A stretch of DNA of 64,000 bases from Octopus sinensis. Its lineage: Eukaryota. The position numbers and the translations under genes are program-made. Location: positions 85,870,001-85,934,000 of the forward strand of contig NC_042997.1 in assembly GCF_006345805.1 (NCBI RefSeq). Reading direction: 5' to 3'. This document shows positions 1 through 10,894 of the stretch, one piece after another (position 1 is the stretch's first letter; every line of letters starts with the position of its first letter). The notes under the pieces were generated by a model. The model saw only the letters and a list, made by a program, of their open reading frames with translations. It did not search any database and was not told where the DNA came from.

Positions 1-645
1 AGATTGTATGAGGCCTGTGTGCAAACAGCCATGTTACATTGCAGTGAAACACGGGCTGTGACTGCAGAGGACATGCGAAGGATTGAAAGAAACGAAGCCA
101 GTATGTTTCAGTAGATGTGCAATGCCAGTGTGCACATATGAGAGAGTATAAGCATCTTGAGAGAAAGATTGGGCATAAGAGACATCAGATGTTGTGTGCA
201 AGAGAGAAGATAGTGCTGGTATGGTCATATAATGCATATGGATGAGGACAGTAGCATAAAGAAGTGTTGATCTCTAAATTTAGAGGGAACCTGCAGAAGA
301 GGATGATTCAAGAAGGCATGAGACGAGGTGGTGAAGTATGATCTTTGGATGTTGAGTCTCACCAAGGTGATAAGTAACCAAGACCTTTGGAGGTTTGCTG
401 TGTATGAGAAGATAGGTCAAGCTAAGTGAAATTGTAGTCATGGCCAGTGCCGGTGACACATAAAAGGCACCCATGCCAGTGACACATAAAAGGCAACGAT
501 GTAAAAGGTACCCACAATGAAGGGCATCCAGCCATAGAAACCAAGCCAAAACAAACTGGAGCCTGGTACGACTCTCTGGCTTAACGATTCCAATCAAACT
601 GTCAACCCATGCCAGCATGGAAAACAGATTCTAAATGATGATGAT
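1..645 (+). mobile_element. RTE-clade LINE 3' end: decayed ORF C-terminus (1-429), 3' UTR and (GAT)n tail
   Basis: Frame +1 reads RLYEACVQTAMLHCSETRAVTAEDMRRIERNEASMF..LRERLGIRDIRCCVQERR*CWYGHIMHMDED..DLWRFAVYEKIGQAK*, a typical RTE C-terminus with stops at W/R codons. A gatgatgatg tail follows near 636-645. Confidence 0.85.
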
Positions 646-871
646 GGTGTATATTAGTCATCTTATATTTTTCTGTCTACCAAGCCCACTCACAAGGCTT
701 TTGGCCCCTGCCAAAGCTGTTATAAGAGACGCAGATACCACACAAGGAGACTGAGCCTGAAATCTTGTGGCTGGGGAATAAACCTATCTACACAGCCACA
801 TATATATATGCACACCCACACCCACAGTTATATAAATTTTTATATATATATATACATACGCATATGTGAGT

Positions 872-1110
872 ATGCATAGCCTAGTGGTTAGGGTGTTGTA
901 CTCACGATCACAAGATCATGGTTTCAATTCCTAGACTGGGTGGTTCATTGTGTTCTTGATTAAAACACTTCGTTTCACATTGCTCTGTGATCACTTTGAC
1001 ACCTGACACATGGTAAACAGTGCACCTGTTCAGACAATGTTGATTTGATTGTATGAGTGAACTAAACAAATCATTTGAGCAGGTTGTTCACCAGAAACAA
1101 ACGAAATAAA
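872..1110 (+). mobile_element. Decayed tRNA-derived SINE, related to the 59897-60229 family
   Basis: tagcctagtggttaggg A-box-like and gtttcaattcc B-box-like motifs, then tgtgttcttgattaaaacacttcgtttcac, similar to the young copy at 60 kb. Confidence 0.55.
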
Positions 1111-1308
1111 TGGGTAAATTCTCATACATCATCTTCCATGGGAGAGTCCATCATATATACATATATGAGAGAGAGGGGGAGACAGACAGAATTTATGTCT
1201 GCAGTATCTATAAATACGTTTTCTCTTACCACCTCTCTTTTTCACTTTCTCTCTGTATGTAGGTGTGTGTTTGTATGTATATATGTAGGTATGTGTGTAT
1301 ATATGTAG

Positions 1309-1350
<42 letters not shown>

Positions 1351-1718
1351 GAAAAGCATGTGAATGTATAAAGTTTGTCAGCTATTCAATCTTTATTTTC
1401 TTTATGACATTTATTTACAATCCATATACAGTGTTTGTAATGGCCAGCTGGAGCCATGTTCCTTGGCAAGATAATGCATTATAATGAACGATGAACTTTT
1501 AACTTTGCAGTCTGTAAATATGTTATGATTAACAGAGATCTAATGATCTGTATTGTTTTATTAACACAGAGAAAGAGAGGATGAGTGTCTAGAGAGACAA
1601 CATATGAAGAGTCACTCTTTTAAATGACCATTCATGAGTGGGGTGTGTGCATTTCTTTATCTTGCTTTCTGTCACAGAGCATTTGTGTGTGTATGAGTGT
1701 ATATGTGTGTATGTATGC

Positions 1719-1749
<31 letters not shown>

Positions 1750-1964
1750 GATACACTCACATATATAAGTACATACACAGTCAGAAGATGAAGCCAACAT
1801 TGTAAAATTCTGATCGACTTTGAAACATTATTATTCCAGACAAGATGACTGATAAGGAGATATGAAAAGCATTTAAAAATTTCATACATATTTGTACACT
1901 AATTTCTCCTTCTCCCTTTCTATCCGTCTGTCTCTCTTTCCCTCTCTGTCTCTCATTCCCTCTT

Positions 1965-2007
<43 letters not shown>

Positions 2008-2212
2008 CTCTCTCTACACACACATATATATACATACATATAAGTGCAGACATGGTTGTGTGGTAAGAAGCTTGCTTCCCAACCACATGGTTCCGGGTTC
2101 TGTTCCACTCCATGGCACCTTGGGCAAGTGTCCTCTGCTATAGCCTTGGGTATAGGCACTAACTAATTATCTCTATATATATGTGTCTGTGTGTGTATGT
2201 GTATATATATAT

Positions 2213-2600
2213 AGGTGTAGGAGTGGTTGTGTGGTAAGTAGCTTGCTTATGAACCACATGGTTCTGGGTTCAGTCCCACTGCATCACACCTTGGGCAAGT
2301 GTCTTCTACTATAGCTTCGGGTCGACCAAAGCCTTGTGAGCGGATTTGGTAAACGGAAACTGAAAGAAGCCCATCGTATATATGTATGTGTGTGTATATG
2401 TTTGTGTGTCTGTGTTTGTCCCCCCAACATCACTTGACAACTGATGCTGGTGTGTTTACATCCCCGCAACTTAGCGGTTCAGCAAAAGAGACAGAATAAG
2501 TACTAGGCTTACAAAGAATTAGACCTGGGGTCGATTTGCTTGACTAAAGGCCGTGCTCCAACATGGCCACAGTCAAATGACTAAAACAAGTAAAAGAGAG
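2213..2600 (+). mobile_element. tRNA-derived SINE, family A (full length, internal TA/TG microsatellite)
   Basis: Head ggttgtgtggtaagtagcttgct..gggttcagtccc, body ccttgggcaagtgtcttctactatagc, tail ccagcatggccacagtcaaatgactaaaacaagtaaaag. The same modules recur throughout the window. Confidence 0.85.
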
Positions 2601-2636
<36 letters not shown>

Positions 2637-2804
2637 CATATATATACATACATATATATGTATATATATCGATGAAGATGAAAAGCTATTAATCTTCATT
2701 TATTATATGCCTTCACTATGTGACATGTGCAGCTAATGTTACAGACTTTGGAGTTGCAGACTACCTAACATCATTAAAGAAGTTGAGATTGTGTCAGTTA
2801 TATA

Positions 2805-2840
<36 letters not shown>

Positions 2841-2842
<2 letters not shown>

Positions 2843-3205
2843 CGCAGGAGTGGCTGTGTGGTAAGTAGCTTGCTAACCAACCCACGTTGCGGGTTCAGTC
2901 CCACTGCGTGGCATCTTGGGCAAGTGTCTTCTGCTATAGCCCCGGGCCGACCAATGCCTTGTGAGTGGATTTGTAGACGGAACTGAAAGAAGCCTGTCGT
3001 ATATATGTATATATATATATTGTATGCGTGTGTTTGTGTGTCTATGTTTGTCCCCCTAGCATTGCTTGACAACCGATGCTGGTGTATTTAGGTCCCCGTC
3101 ACTTAGCGGTTCGGCAAAAAGAGACCTATAGAATAAGTACTAAAAGGTGGTGCTCCAGCATGGCCGCAGTCAAATGACTGAAACAAGTAAAAGAGAGTAA
3201 AAGAT
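2841..3205 (+). mobile_element. tRNA-derived SINE, family A (full length)
   Basis: ggcgcaggagtggctgtgtggtaagtagcttgct head; same body and tail as the 2213 copy. Confidence 0.85.
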
Positions 3206-3231
3206 AGACTATATATATATACCATATATAT

Positions 3232-3280
<49 letters not shown>

Positions 3281-3476
3281 ATATATATTATATATATATA
3301 CATGCATGAGTTGTCTAAGAGACCATAAGTCAGGGAAAAGATGCACATCTCTACTGATGGGTATGTATATATATAATATATATATATTACCTTCACCTCT
3401 ACCCCCACCACCATTTGACACTGACTTAGCATTCAGGAAAAATGATCAAAAGAATAAGTACCAAGTTTAAAATATA

Positions 3477-3515
<39 letters not shown>

Positions 3516-3639
3516 CATATACGTCCTCTACACAGCAAGACACCTGTTTCTGTTTCTGTCTCTGTCTTTTCATCATCTGACACAAGATCACCTCCATCAG
3601 TGCCCCACTCCCCTCTCAAAGGATTTTTGTCTTGCAAGT

Positions 3640-3950
3640 TACTTACTTGCAAGTTACAGTGCTGAGGCCAGATAAAAAGTATCCAATCTACACTGTGAAA
3701 CACTAAGCATTTGGAAAGGCATCCAACTGTAAAAACCATGCCAAAGCTGACCTCACCTGTGTTGGTGCCATGCTAAAAGCATTCAATTCACTCTGTGGGG
3801 TGGTTAGTATTAGGAAGGGCATCCAGCTGTGAAAACCCTCCCCAAAAAGACACAGATGTCTGGTGCAGTCTTCTGTCTGGCCAGCTCCAGTGAAACTGTC
3901 CAACCCATGCCAGCATGTAGGGCAGATGTTGAATGATGATGATGATGATG
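3640..3950 (+). mobile_element. Short retroelement sharing the RTE 3' tail (5'-truncated RTE or RTE-mobilised SINE)
   Basis: ggaagggcatccagctgt..tgtccaacccatgccagcatg..gatgatgatgatg matches the tail of the RTE at 1-645. Confidence 0.7.
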
Positions 3951-4835
3951 GTTGACTTGTTTGACTAAATTTCTTGGAGGCAGGTGCTCCAGCATGGCCA
4001 CAATCTAATGACTGAAACAAGTGAAATAGAAAATATATGTTAGTCTACAGATATATAGAGCTAAAATGTTAACTGTCTATGAAATATTTGTGATGAGAAG
4101 TTTGATTCGTTACATCACAGTGCAATTAAATATCTGTATGTTTATTTATATGTGTGTTGGACATTTTAGTAATCACTGATATGACTGGATACAGATTTGG
4201 GTCAGCCTGAGCCTATAGTAGAAGACACTTACCCAAGGGGCCATGCAGTGGGACTGAACCTGGAACCATGAGGTTGGGAATCGAGTTTCTTACCCCATAG
4301 CAACACCTATATATATATATATTATATTATATATATATATATATATATACATACTCGAATATTATGTGTATCAAAGCAGTAATGTCAATCATCATCCAAT
4401 GGCCCTTATCATTATGATACAATATTTAAAAAAAAAAAAAAATTTATTCTGTCATACACACACATATATCTATGTGTTTGTGTGTACATGTGTGTATGTA
4501 TATATAAAAAATTTGCCCATGGGATGTAGCACACATAAATATTTCTTTCTCTTTAAAGGCATTTCACAAAAGGTTGAATGATTTCTGCCTTTATGACACT
4601 ATGATTAATGCATGATTGAACATCACATATGATACGTTGGTTTAACGACATTATGCTCATTAGCGTTAAAGCTAAAGAGCACTGCCTAACATCATAAACT
4701 TTACCTTTCTGCCAGCAACTTGTTAGCCATTTATGAAATTATACACCGAATTCTGTGTATTAAATTAGCATTTTTATGGGTTTTTGTATTCGTAGGCACT
4801 ACATATGTTGCCCATGCAGACTGCATGTCCCCTTT

Positions 4836-4900
4836 GTATGTATGTATGTATGTATGTATGTATGTATGTATGTATGTATGTATGTATGTATGTATGTATG
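4836..4900. repeat. (TATG)n microsatellite
   Basis: Direct reading. Confidence 0.95.
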
Positions 4901-5486
4901 TGTGCGTGTGTCCCCATATATAGATGTATATATATATGTATGCACAAATGAATATATTGTTAGCTATCAGCCAGTTGTGCTTCCCTGTACTCAGCATCTT
5001 GCTGAGACTCCTAAGTTCTGTGTGTGTGTGTGTGTGTGTCTCTGTGTGTGTCTGTGTCTGTGTGTCTCTGTGTGTGTGTACGTGTGTGTGTGTGTGCATG
5101 TACATACCTCTTATAAGTGATGCAATTTTACCTGAACTTTACATACCTTGTGTGTTTGTGTGTGAATATATAAATAATGCTTACATGTGTGTTTGTGTGT
5201 TAAAAATTGTCAGCTGTTAGAAAGTCAGTTTGTGTGTTAAACATGTCATATGATCATAGATGGTTCAAAAAGTACCAGGATATTCATATGGAAGAAACCA
5301 TTGAAAAGGGAAGAGAAAACCAAGCATAGAAAGGACAGATGTGGTGAAGTCAGTTCTTAGGTTACTGGAGGTTAAAAAAGAGGTGATAAGAACTAACTTG
5401 TAGCAGGGTGCTGCAAGAAGATCCATCCAGGTGATGCAAATATAGGAAAAATGAAATAGATGTAAACATGTAAATATATATATTTA

Positions 5487-5679
5487 GGGGGCCTGGGTAT
5501 CGACATGAGTGATGATACCTCTTTCCAAGTGCACATTACCAGGATAGCGACAAAGTGCAGACAACAGGCTGGATGGATTCTGAGAATATTCAGAACCAGA
5601 GAAAAGGAAACCAAGATGGTCCTCTGGAGCACATTCATCCTCAGCCACCTAGATTACGGCTCCCAGATATGGACACCCT
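5487..5679 (+). pseudogene. CR1/L2-group LINE reverse transcriptase C-terminal fragment
   Basis: GLGIDMSDDTSFQVHITRIATKCRQQAGWILRIFRTREKETKMVLWSTFILSHLDYGSQIWTP fits the CR1-group pattern DLG..S.D.SF..HI....K.....G.ILR.F..R......LY...V...LDY.SQ.WSP. Confidence 0.8.
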
Positions 5680-5756
5680 GGATATCCTTGTTGCTTATTT
5701 TGATTTTAATCACCTTATATATATGCATATATATATATATGTATATATATAATATA

Positions 5757-5798
<42 letters not shown>

Positions 5799-5834
5799 GT
5801 GATTAAAATCAAAATAAGTCAGGAGACCATGATA

Positions 5835-6015
5835 GATCGTTAGCTCCTACACACATTTTTTCCTCTCCTTGTTTCTCTTCTTGTTTTTTTCTGTGTATCT
5901 TTTTGTCGAAACGTAAAAGACTTTTTCTATTTCTATTCCTGAGCGCTATGCTAATACATTTGTTTGTTTGTACTCCACCTGCCTTCGTCTTTTATTTACT
6001 TTCGTAAACTTTCTC

Positions 6016-6019
<4 letters not shown>
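5835..6019 (+). mobile_element. Short non-coding repeat of an HHR-bearing (Penelope pLTR/retrozyme-like) family; catalytic core deleted in this copy
   Basis: Colinear with the reverse complement of 53285-53467 (gatcgttagc..gtcgaaacgtaaaagactt..ctaatacatttgtttg..gtcttt..gtaaactt). Ends in (TA)n. Confidence 0.6.
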
Positions 6020-6063
<44 letters not shown>

Positions 6064-6193
6064 ATATGTATATATATGTATATGTACATATATATATATG
6101 TATTGAACTTTGGAAATCTGTTTATGTTACTTAATTATCTACATTACTTCATGAGTATAGCCTCAACCACTAGGATGTCTAGAGAACTCACAT

Positions 6194-6289
6194 GTATTTT
6201 AGCTGATGAGTACGGGACACGTTTATATGCTGTAATATTTGCAACTTTTAATAAAGCCTGTCCTTGTATGAAACGATTGTACTAAAAAC
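6194..6289 (+). ncRNA. Type I hammerhead ribozyme, 5' pLTR copy
   Basis: Stem I ttttag/ctaaaa; CTGATGA at 6203-6209; stem II gtacgggaca..tgtcc(t)tgtat; GAAA at 6270-6273; stem III C-gatt-G; GUA triplet with predicted cleavage after 6281. Confidence 0.85.
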
Positions 6290-6490
6290 CTATCCATTCT
6301 TGTTGCTTCTTTCTCGCTTATAATCATCCCACATTACTGTATTGTTAAAACAGTATAGTTTTTTTTGGTGCATCTAAGTTAGGTACCATATTCAAGTAAA
6401 TTCATTTAAATTAACTTGAATCTTTATTGCTTTTTGAATATATTCCCATACAGTCTGTATGTTTTTCTGGTACTTAATTTCTCAACAAGA

Positions 6491-7335
6491 ATGGAAAAAG
6501 TAAACATTGAGTTCTCCCCTAAAGACATCCCCTTACATAGTATAGATGAATATAATTGGCTTCTCATTCATAGGATTAACGATTTCATTAGAAGAATCAG
6601 GTGGAAAACGTACCATTTTGATGTCAAACAGAAGAAGAAACCACAGGAAAAGAATACCGAAAAGAATTTTAGAAGAATTTTTAAAAGTAGAAAAAGTCCA
6701 CCTCAGAACCCATTCCTGGAGAACTTTGAGAAAGACTTGCTGAATCTATAGATGATATTAGCTTCAAGGAACACCCGTTAAGATATAACCCTCACCTTAG
6801 ACACCTTAGGAACTTTATTCAGTCAACCCGGTGCAAACATGGAATCCTAGTACCAGCAGATAAAACGGGTAATATGTATAGAGTTGATTACGATATTTAT
6901 AGCAAATTAATTAGGAAGGAACTAAACTCCAAATATAAAATTACGACTAAGAACAATTTGAAAAAAGTAAACCTGGAATTGAAAGAGATCATGGAGAAAC
7001 TAAATTTAACGGATAGAACAGAGCCACTTAAACCGTGTGAGCCCAGGATCAACCTTAAAGACCACAAAAAGAATTTCTTGGAAAACCCTTCGGTAAGGCT
7101 GATCTGTCCAACTAAGTCGGACATTGGCCGACTTAGTAAATCTATCCTGGATACTGTTCTACCCCAAATAACCCCTCTTCTCCCCTTAAACCTATGGCTA
7201 AGTACGGACGAAGTTCTAAAATGGTTTAACTCTCTAACTAATACTAGTAGTCTGTCCTTTATTCAGTTCGATATTAATAGTTATTACTCTAGTATTTCCC
7301 CTATCTTACTCAACAAATCACTAATATTTGCCATA
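6491..7335 (+). pseudogene. Naiad-type PLE reverse transcriptase, N-terminal half (one frameshift near 6749, truncated after RT motif A)
   Basis: MEKVNIEFSPKDIPLHSIDEY..FIRRIRWKTYHF..PADKTGNMY..INLKDHKKNFLENPSVRLICPTKSDIGRLSKSILD..WFNSL..SFIQFDINSYYSSISPILLNKSLIFA. The LKDHK, RLI.P.KS.IG and FIQFDI motifs are characteristic of Naiad/Chlamys PLEs (family assignment from recall). Confidence 0.8.
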
Positions 7336-7947
7336 TTTCCCCCCCCCCCCTTTTTGCTCCCTCCTCCTTTATTTTCTCTCTTTTCTTCTCTTCCCTTCCC
7401 TTTTCTGTTCTTTGCCTCTCTAGAAAGCCCTTCAGCCTTTAAAAGTTAAATAGCTACAGCCTCTTGTAAATAGCAGTAATGTGATTAATGTGGCAAATAC
7501 CTAATCATATAACAAGAATTGATACCTACCTCATTGTGTTCAACCATTGATAAATTTATCGCCTGTGAATATGAAATTCCTCTTCATTTCTTTGGAAATT
7601 TACATCTACACCATTGGAAATTGTGCATCTATACAAAGGATTAATTCACCCTCTCTGTAATGCTAATAAGCAGGAATTGAGACCCACCTCGTTGTGTTTA
7701 ACAATGGATAAATTTGTCGTCTGTGAGTATGTAATCCCTCCTCATATCTCTGGAAATTCATATGTGCACTATGGATTAGGTCACCTTCTCTGTGATGCTA
7801 TTAAAACTTTTTTAAAATTCTGTGATAAGACTGTACATTATCTTTAAAGAACTTTATTGAACTTTGGAAATCTGTTTATGTTACTTAATTATCTACATTA
7901 CTTCATGAGTATAGCCTCAACCACTAGGATGTCTAGAGAACTCACAT

Positions 7948-8043
7948 GTATTTTAGCTGATGAGTACGGGACACGTTTATATGGTGTAATTTTTGCAACT
8001 TTTAATAAAGCCTGTCCTTGTATGAAACGATTGTACTAAAAAC
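7948..8043 (+). ncRNA. Type I hammerhead ribozyme, 3' pLTR copy
   Basis: CTGATGA at 7957-7963, GAAA at 8024-8027, predicted cleavage after 8035. Core and stems are identical to the 5' copy. Confidence 0.85.
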
Positions 8044-8071
8044 CTATCCATTCTTGTTGCTTCTTTCTCGC

Positions 8072-8074
<3 letters not shown>

Positions 8075-8116
<42 letters not shown>

Positions 8117-8244
8117 ATATGTGTATATGTATATATGTTTATGTATATACGTATATGTATAGGTATATGTCTATGTATATGTATATGTATATATATATGT
8201 ATATATATGTATATATATATATGTAGGTATATGTATATATATAG

Positions 8245-8277
<33 letters not shown>

Positions 8278-8388
8278 AGTTCAGCAAAATTTAGATTCAA
8301 ATGAATATGGTACTTAAGTTAGATGCACCAGAATTTTGTATGGTATTATCCATATAAATCCATGGGGATATTCTTGTTGCTTATTTTG

Positions 8389-8438
<50 letters not shown>

Positions 8439-8681
8439 TATATGTGTGTGTGTGTATATATATATATATTATAGGTATATATATATGTATGTATATGTAT
8501 ATATATATATATATAGATAGATAGATAGATAGATAGATATATGCATATGTATATATGTGTATAGATATATGTATATATATGTGTGTGTATATGTGTATAT
8601 ATATGTGTATATATATGTATGTGTGTATATACATGTATGTATATATATATATGTATATAAGTATGTATATATGTATGTGTG

Positions 8682-8712
<31 letters not shown>

Positions 8713-8720
8713 ATTTATGT
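8075..8720. repeat. Compound (TA)n/(TATG)n/(GATA)n microsatellite region
   Basis: Direct reading; interrupted by a roughly 100-bp unique segment at 8290-8392. Confidence 0.9.
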
Positions 8721-8964
8721 AAATATGTCATCGTCATCATTTAGCATCTGTTTTGCTTGATAGCATGGGTAGGACAGTTTGAATGGAGCAAGTAAGCTGC
8801 ACCAGGCTCCAGTCTGGGTCTACCTCTTCCACAGGTTCCCTCTACATTTAGAGATTGGCACGTCTTCACACAGCTGTCCTTGTCCATATGCATGACATAT
8901 AGGTATGTGTATGTATGTCATATGTGTGCGTTTGTGTGTGTATTTTTATATTTTCTATATTGTA

Positions 8965-9305
8965 CTTGTTTCAGCCATTGGACACTGGTCATGCTAGTGC
9001 CCCACCTTGATGACTTTTAGTTGAACAAATGAACCCCAGTGCTTTTTTTTAAATCCTGGTACTTATTTTATCAGCTTTTTTTGCTAAACCTCTAAGTTAT
9101 GGGGATGTAAACATACCAACACCAGTTGACCCCCCCCCCACACACACACACACGATGATTTTCTTTTATTTTACGTATACCAAATCAACTCACAAGGCTT
9201 TGATTAGCCTGAGGTAACAGTAAAAGACACTTGCCCAAGATGCCACATAGTGGGACTGAACCTGGAAGCATGTGGTTAGGAAGCAAGCTTCTTACCACAT
9301 AACAA
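8965..9305 (-). mobile_element. tRNA-derived SINE, family A (decayed)
   Basis: Reverse complement of the family A tail, body and head (tacttgtttcagccattggac..gacacttgcccaagatgccac..cttcttaccaca). Confidence 0.75.
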
Positions 9306-10147
9306 CATCTATAAATAATATGATATATTATATAATATGTGTGTGAATGTAACATATGTGTAGGTAATGTGTGGTGTGTGTTTTCTTTTCCATGTTGATG
9401 GTTATAATCATGGGAAGGCGTGATTATTACAAACATGGTGTGCTGGCATTCATTTAAGCTGGTATTCTAGAGCTTTCACAGCGTGCCATTGCTTCATCAG
9501 ACAAAAGATATATCATCACCATCATCATCATCATCATCATCATCATTATCACCATCTTCATCATTTTTACATCTACTTTTTCAGATAGGCATATGTGTGA
9601 TGAGACATTCTGAGATAGAGTTTTGCACACACATGTTCAACCCTAGGTCAGTCCTGATCAAGCAGACATAGATACATAGATTTGAAAGCAAAGATGTGAA
9701 CGTTTTTTTTTTTTGCTTTGTTTTGTTTTTGTTAGAAATCTTTGTTTATCATTATTTATTATTATTTTCTGCAGTCTCCTCTATCAGCTGTACTAAATAA
9801 ATTTCTGCACTTTTTGATTTGTTTGTTCTCTCTACATCGAAAGATAATTCCATTATGTCTTTTCTTTTTATTGTATTACAAGAAAACATACATTGGTTTA
9901 TATTTATTCCAAAATCTCTCTCTCTCCAGGCCATCAACTAAACTTGCCAAAATATGTTAATCAATCAATTTCCTATCATGGAAAATGGCAGCTTTTCTTC
10001 ATTTTGGCCTCAATTGAATTTTATTGGATAAAAACAATTTCCTCCTCACTTCTTTCCTTTCTTCTCCTCCATTCTTCATTTTCTTCTTTGTCTTCATCTT
10101 CTTTCTTCTTCATCTCCCTTTCCTTTCTTCTCCAACTGTTTTTTCTT

Positions 10148-10340
10148 TCTTCTTCTTCTTCTTCTTCTTCTTCTTCTTCTTCTTCTTCTTCTTCTTCTTC
10201 TTCTCTTCTTCTTCTTCTTCTTCTTCTTCGTCTTCTTCTTCTTCTTCTTCTTCTTCTTCTTCTTCTTCTTCTTCTTCTTCTTCTTCTTCTTCTTCTTCTT
10301 CTTCTTCTTCTTCTTCTTCTTCTTCTTCTTCTTCTTCTTC
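10148..10340. repeat. (CTT)n/(GAA)n trinucleotide tract, about 190 bp
   Basis: Direct reading. It explains the poly-L/S/F and poly-K/E/R ORFs in the track. Confidence 0.95.
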
Positions 10341-10894
10341 GTCTGCTTTTCTTCTTCTTTCTTTCTTTCCTTCTTTTTTCTTTCTTCCCTTCTTCTTAAG
10401 CATAACTTCCCCCACACTCCTAATAAATAAATAAATAGAAGTTTAATACTTAGCTCATTCGTGTCCCTATATCAATAGACAATTTTGCTGAATTTAAATA
10501 AATATTGCGTGTATGTTTTACTTTTTAGTTTGTTTTTTTTTTAGGTAAAGTTTTTAACTATTCGGTATTGGTGAGCTGGCTGATTTGTTATTTTTCAAGG
10601 AAAAATGCTTAGCTGCAACTTTTCTGACTCTACAGTATGGGTCCAAATACAGCCAAGGTTGACTTTGCCTTTCATCATTTCAAGACCAATAAAATAAGTA
10701 CCAGTTGCCCCTTCCTCTGGAATGAATGGCCTTGTGCCAAAATCTGAAACCATTATTATTATTATATTATTATTATTATTATTAAGGCATTGAACTGGCA
10801 GAATCATTAGCATGCCAGGCAAAATGCTTAGTGGCATTTCATCCGTCTTTACATTCTGAGTTCAAATTCTGCTGAGTTCGACTTTGCCTTTATT

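Larger units (their letters stand above)
6101..8071 (+). mobile_element. Penelope-like retroelement (Naiad-type), internally deleted, with 217-bp direct terminal repeats (pLTRs)
   Basis: 6101-6317 and 7855-8071 are direct repeats differing at 2 positions. They enclose a PLE RT ORF remnant. (TA)n tracts lie on both sides. Confidence 0.85.

Noticed and set aside
6491-8071. Selenocysteine recoding or SECIS in the Naiad-type element
   Set aside because: No in-frame TGA in the surviving ORF and no SECIS-like stem-loop identified.
9893-10434. Long ORFs with poly-S/L/F/K/E/R
   Set aside because: Translations of the (CTT)n tract.
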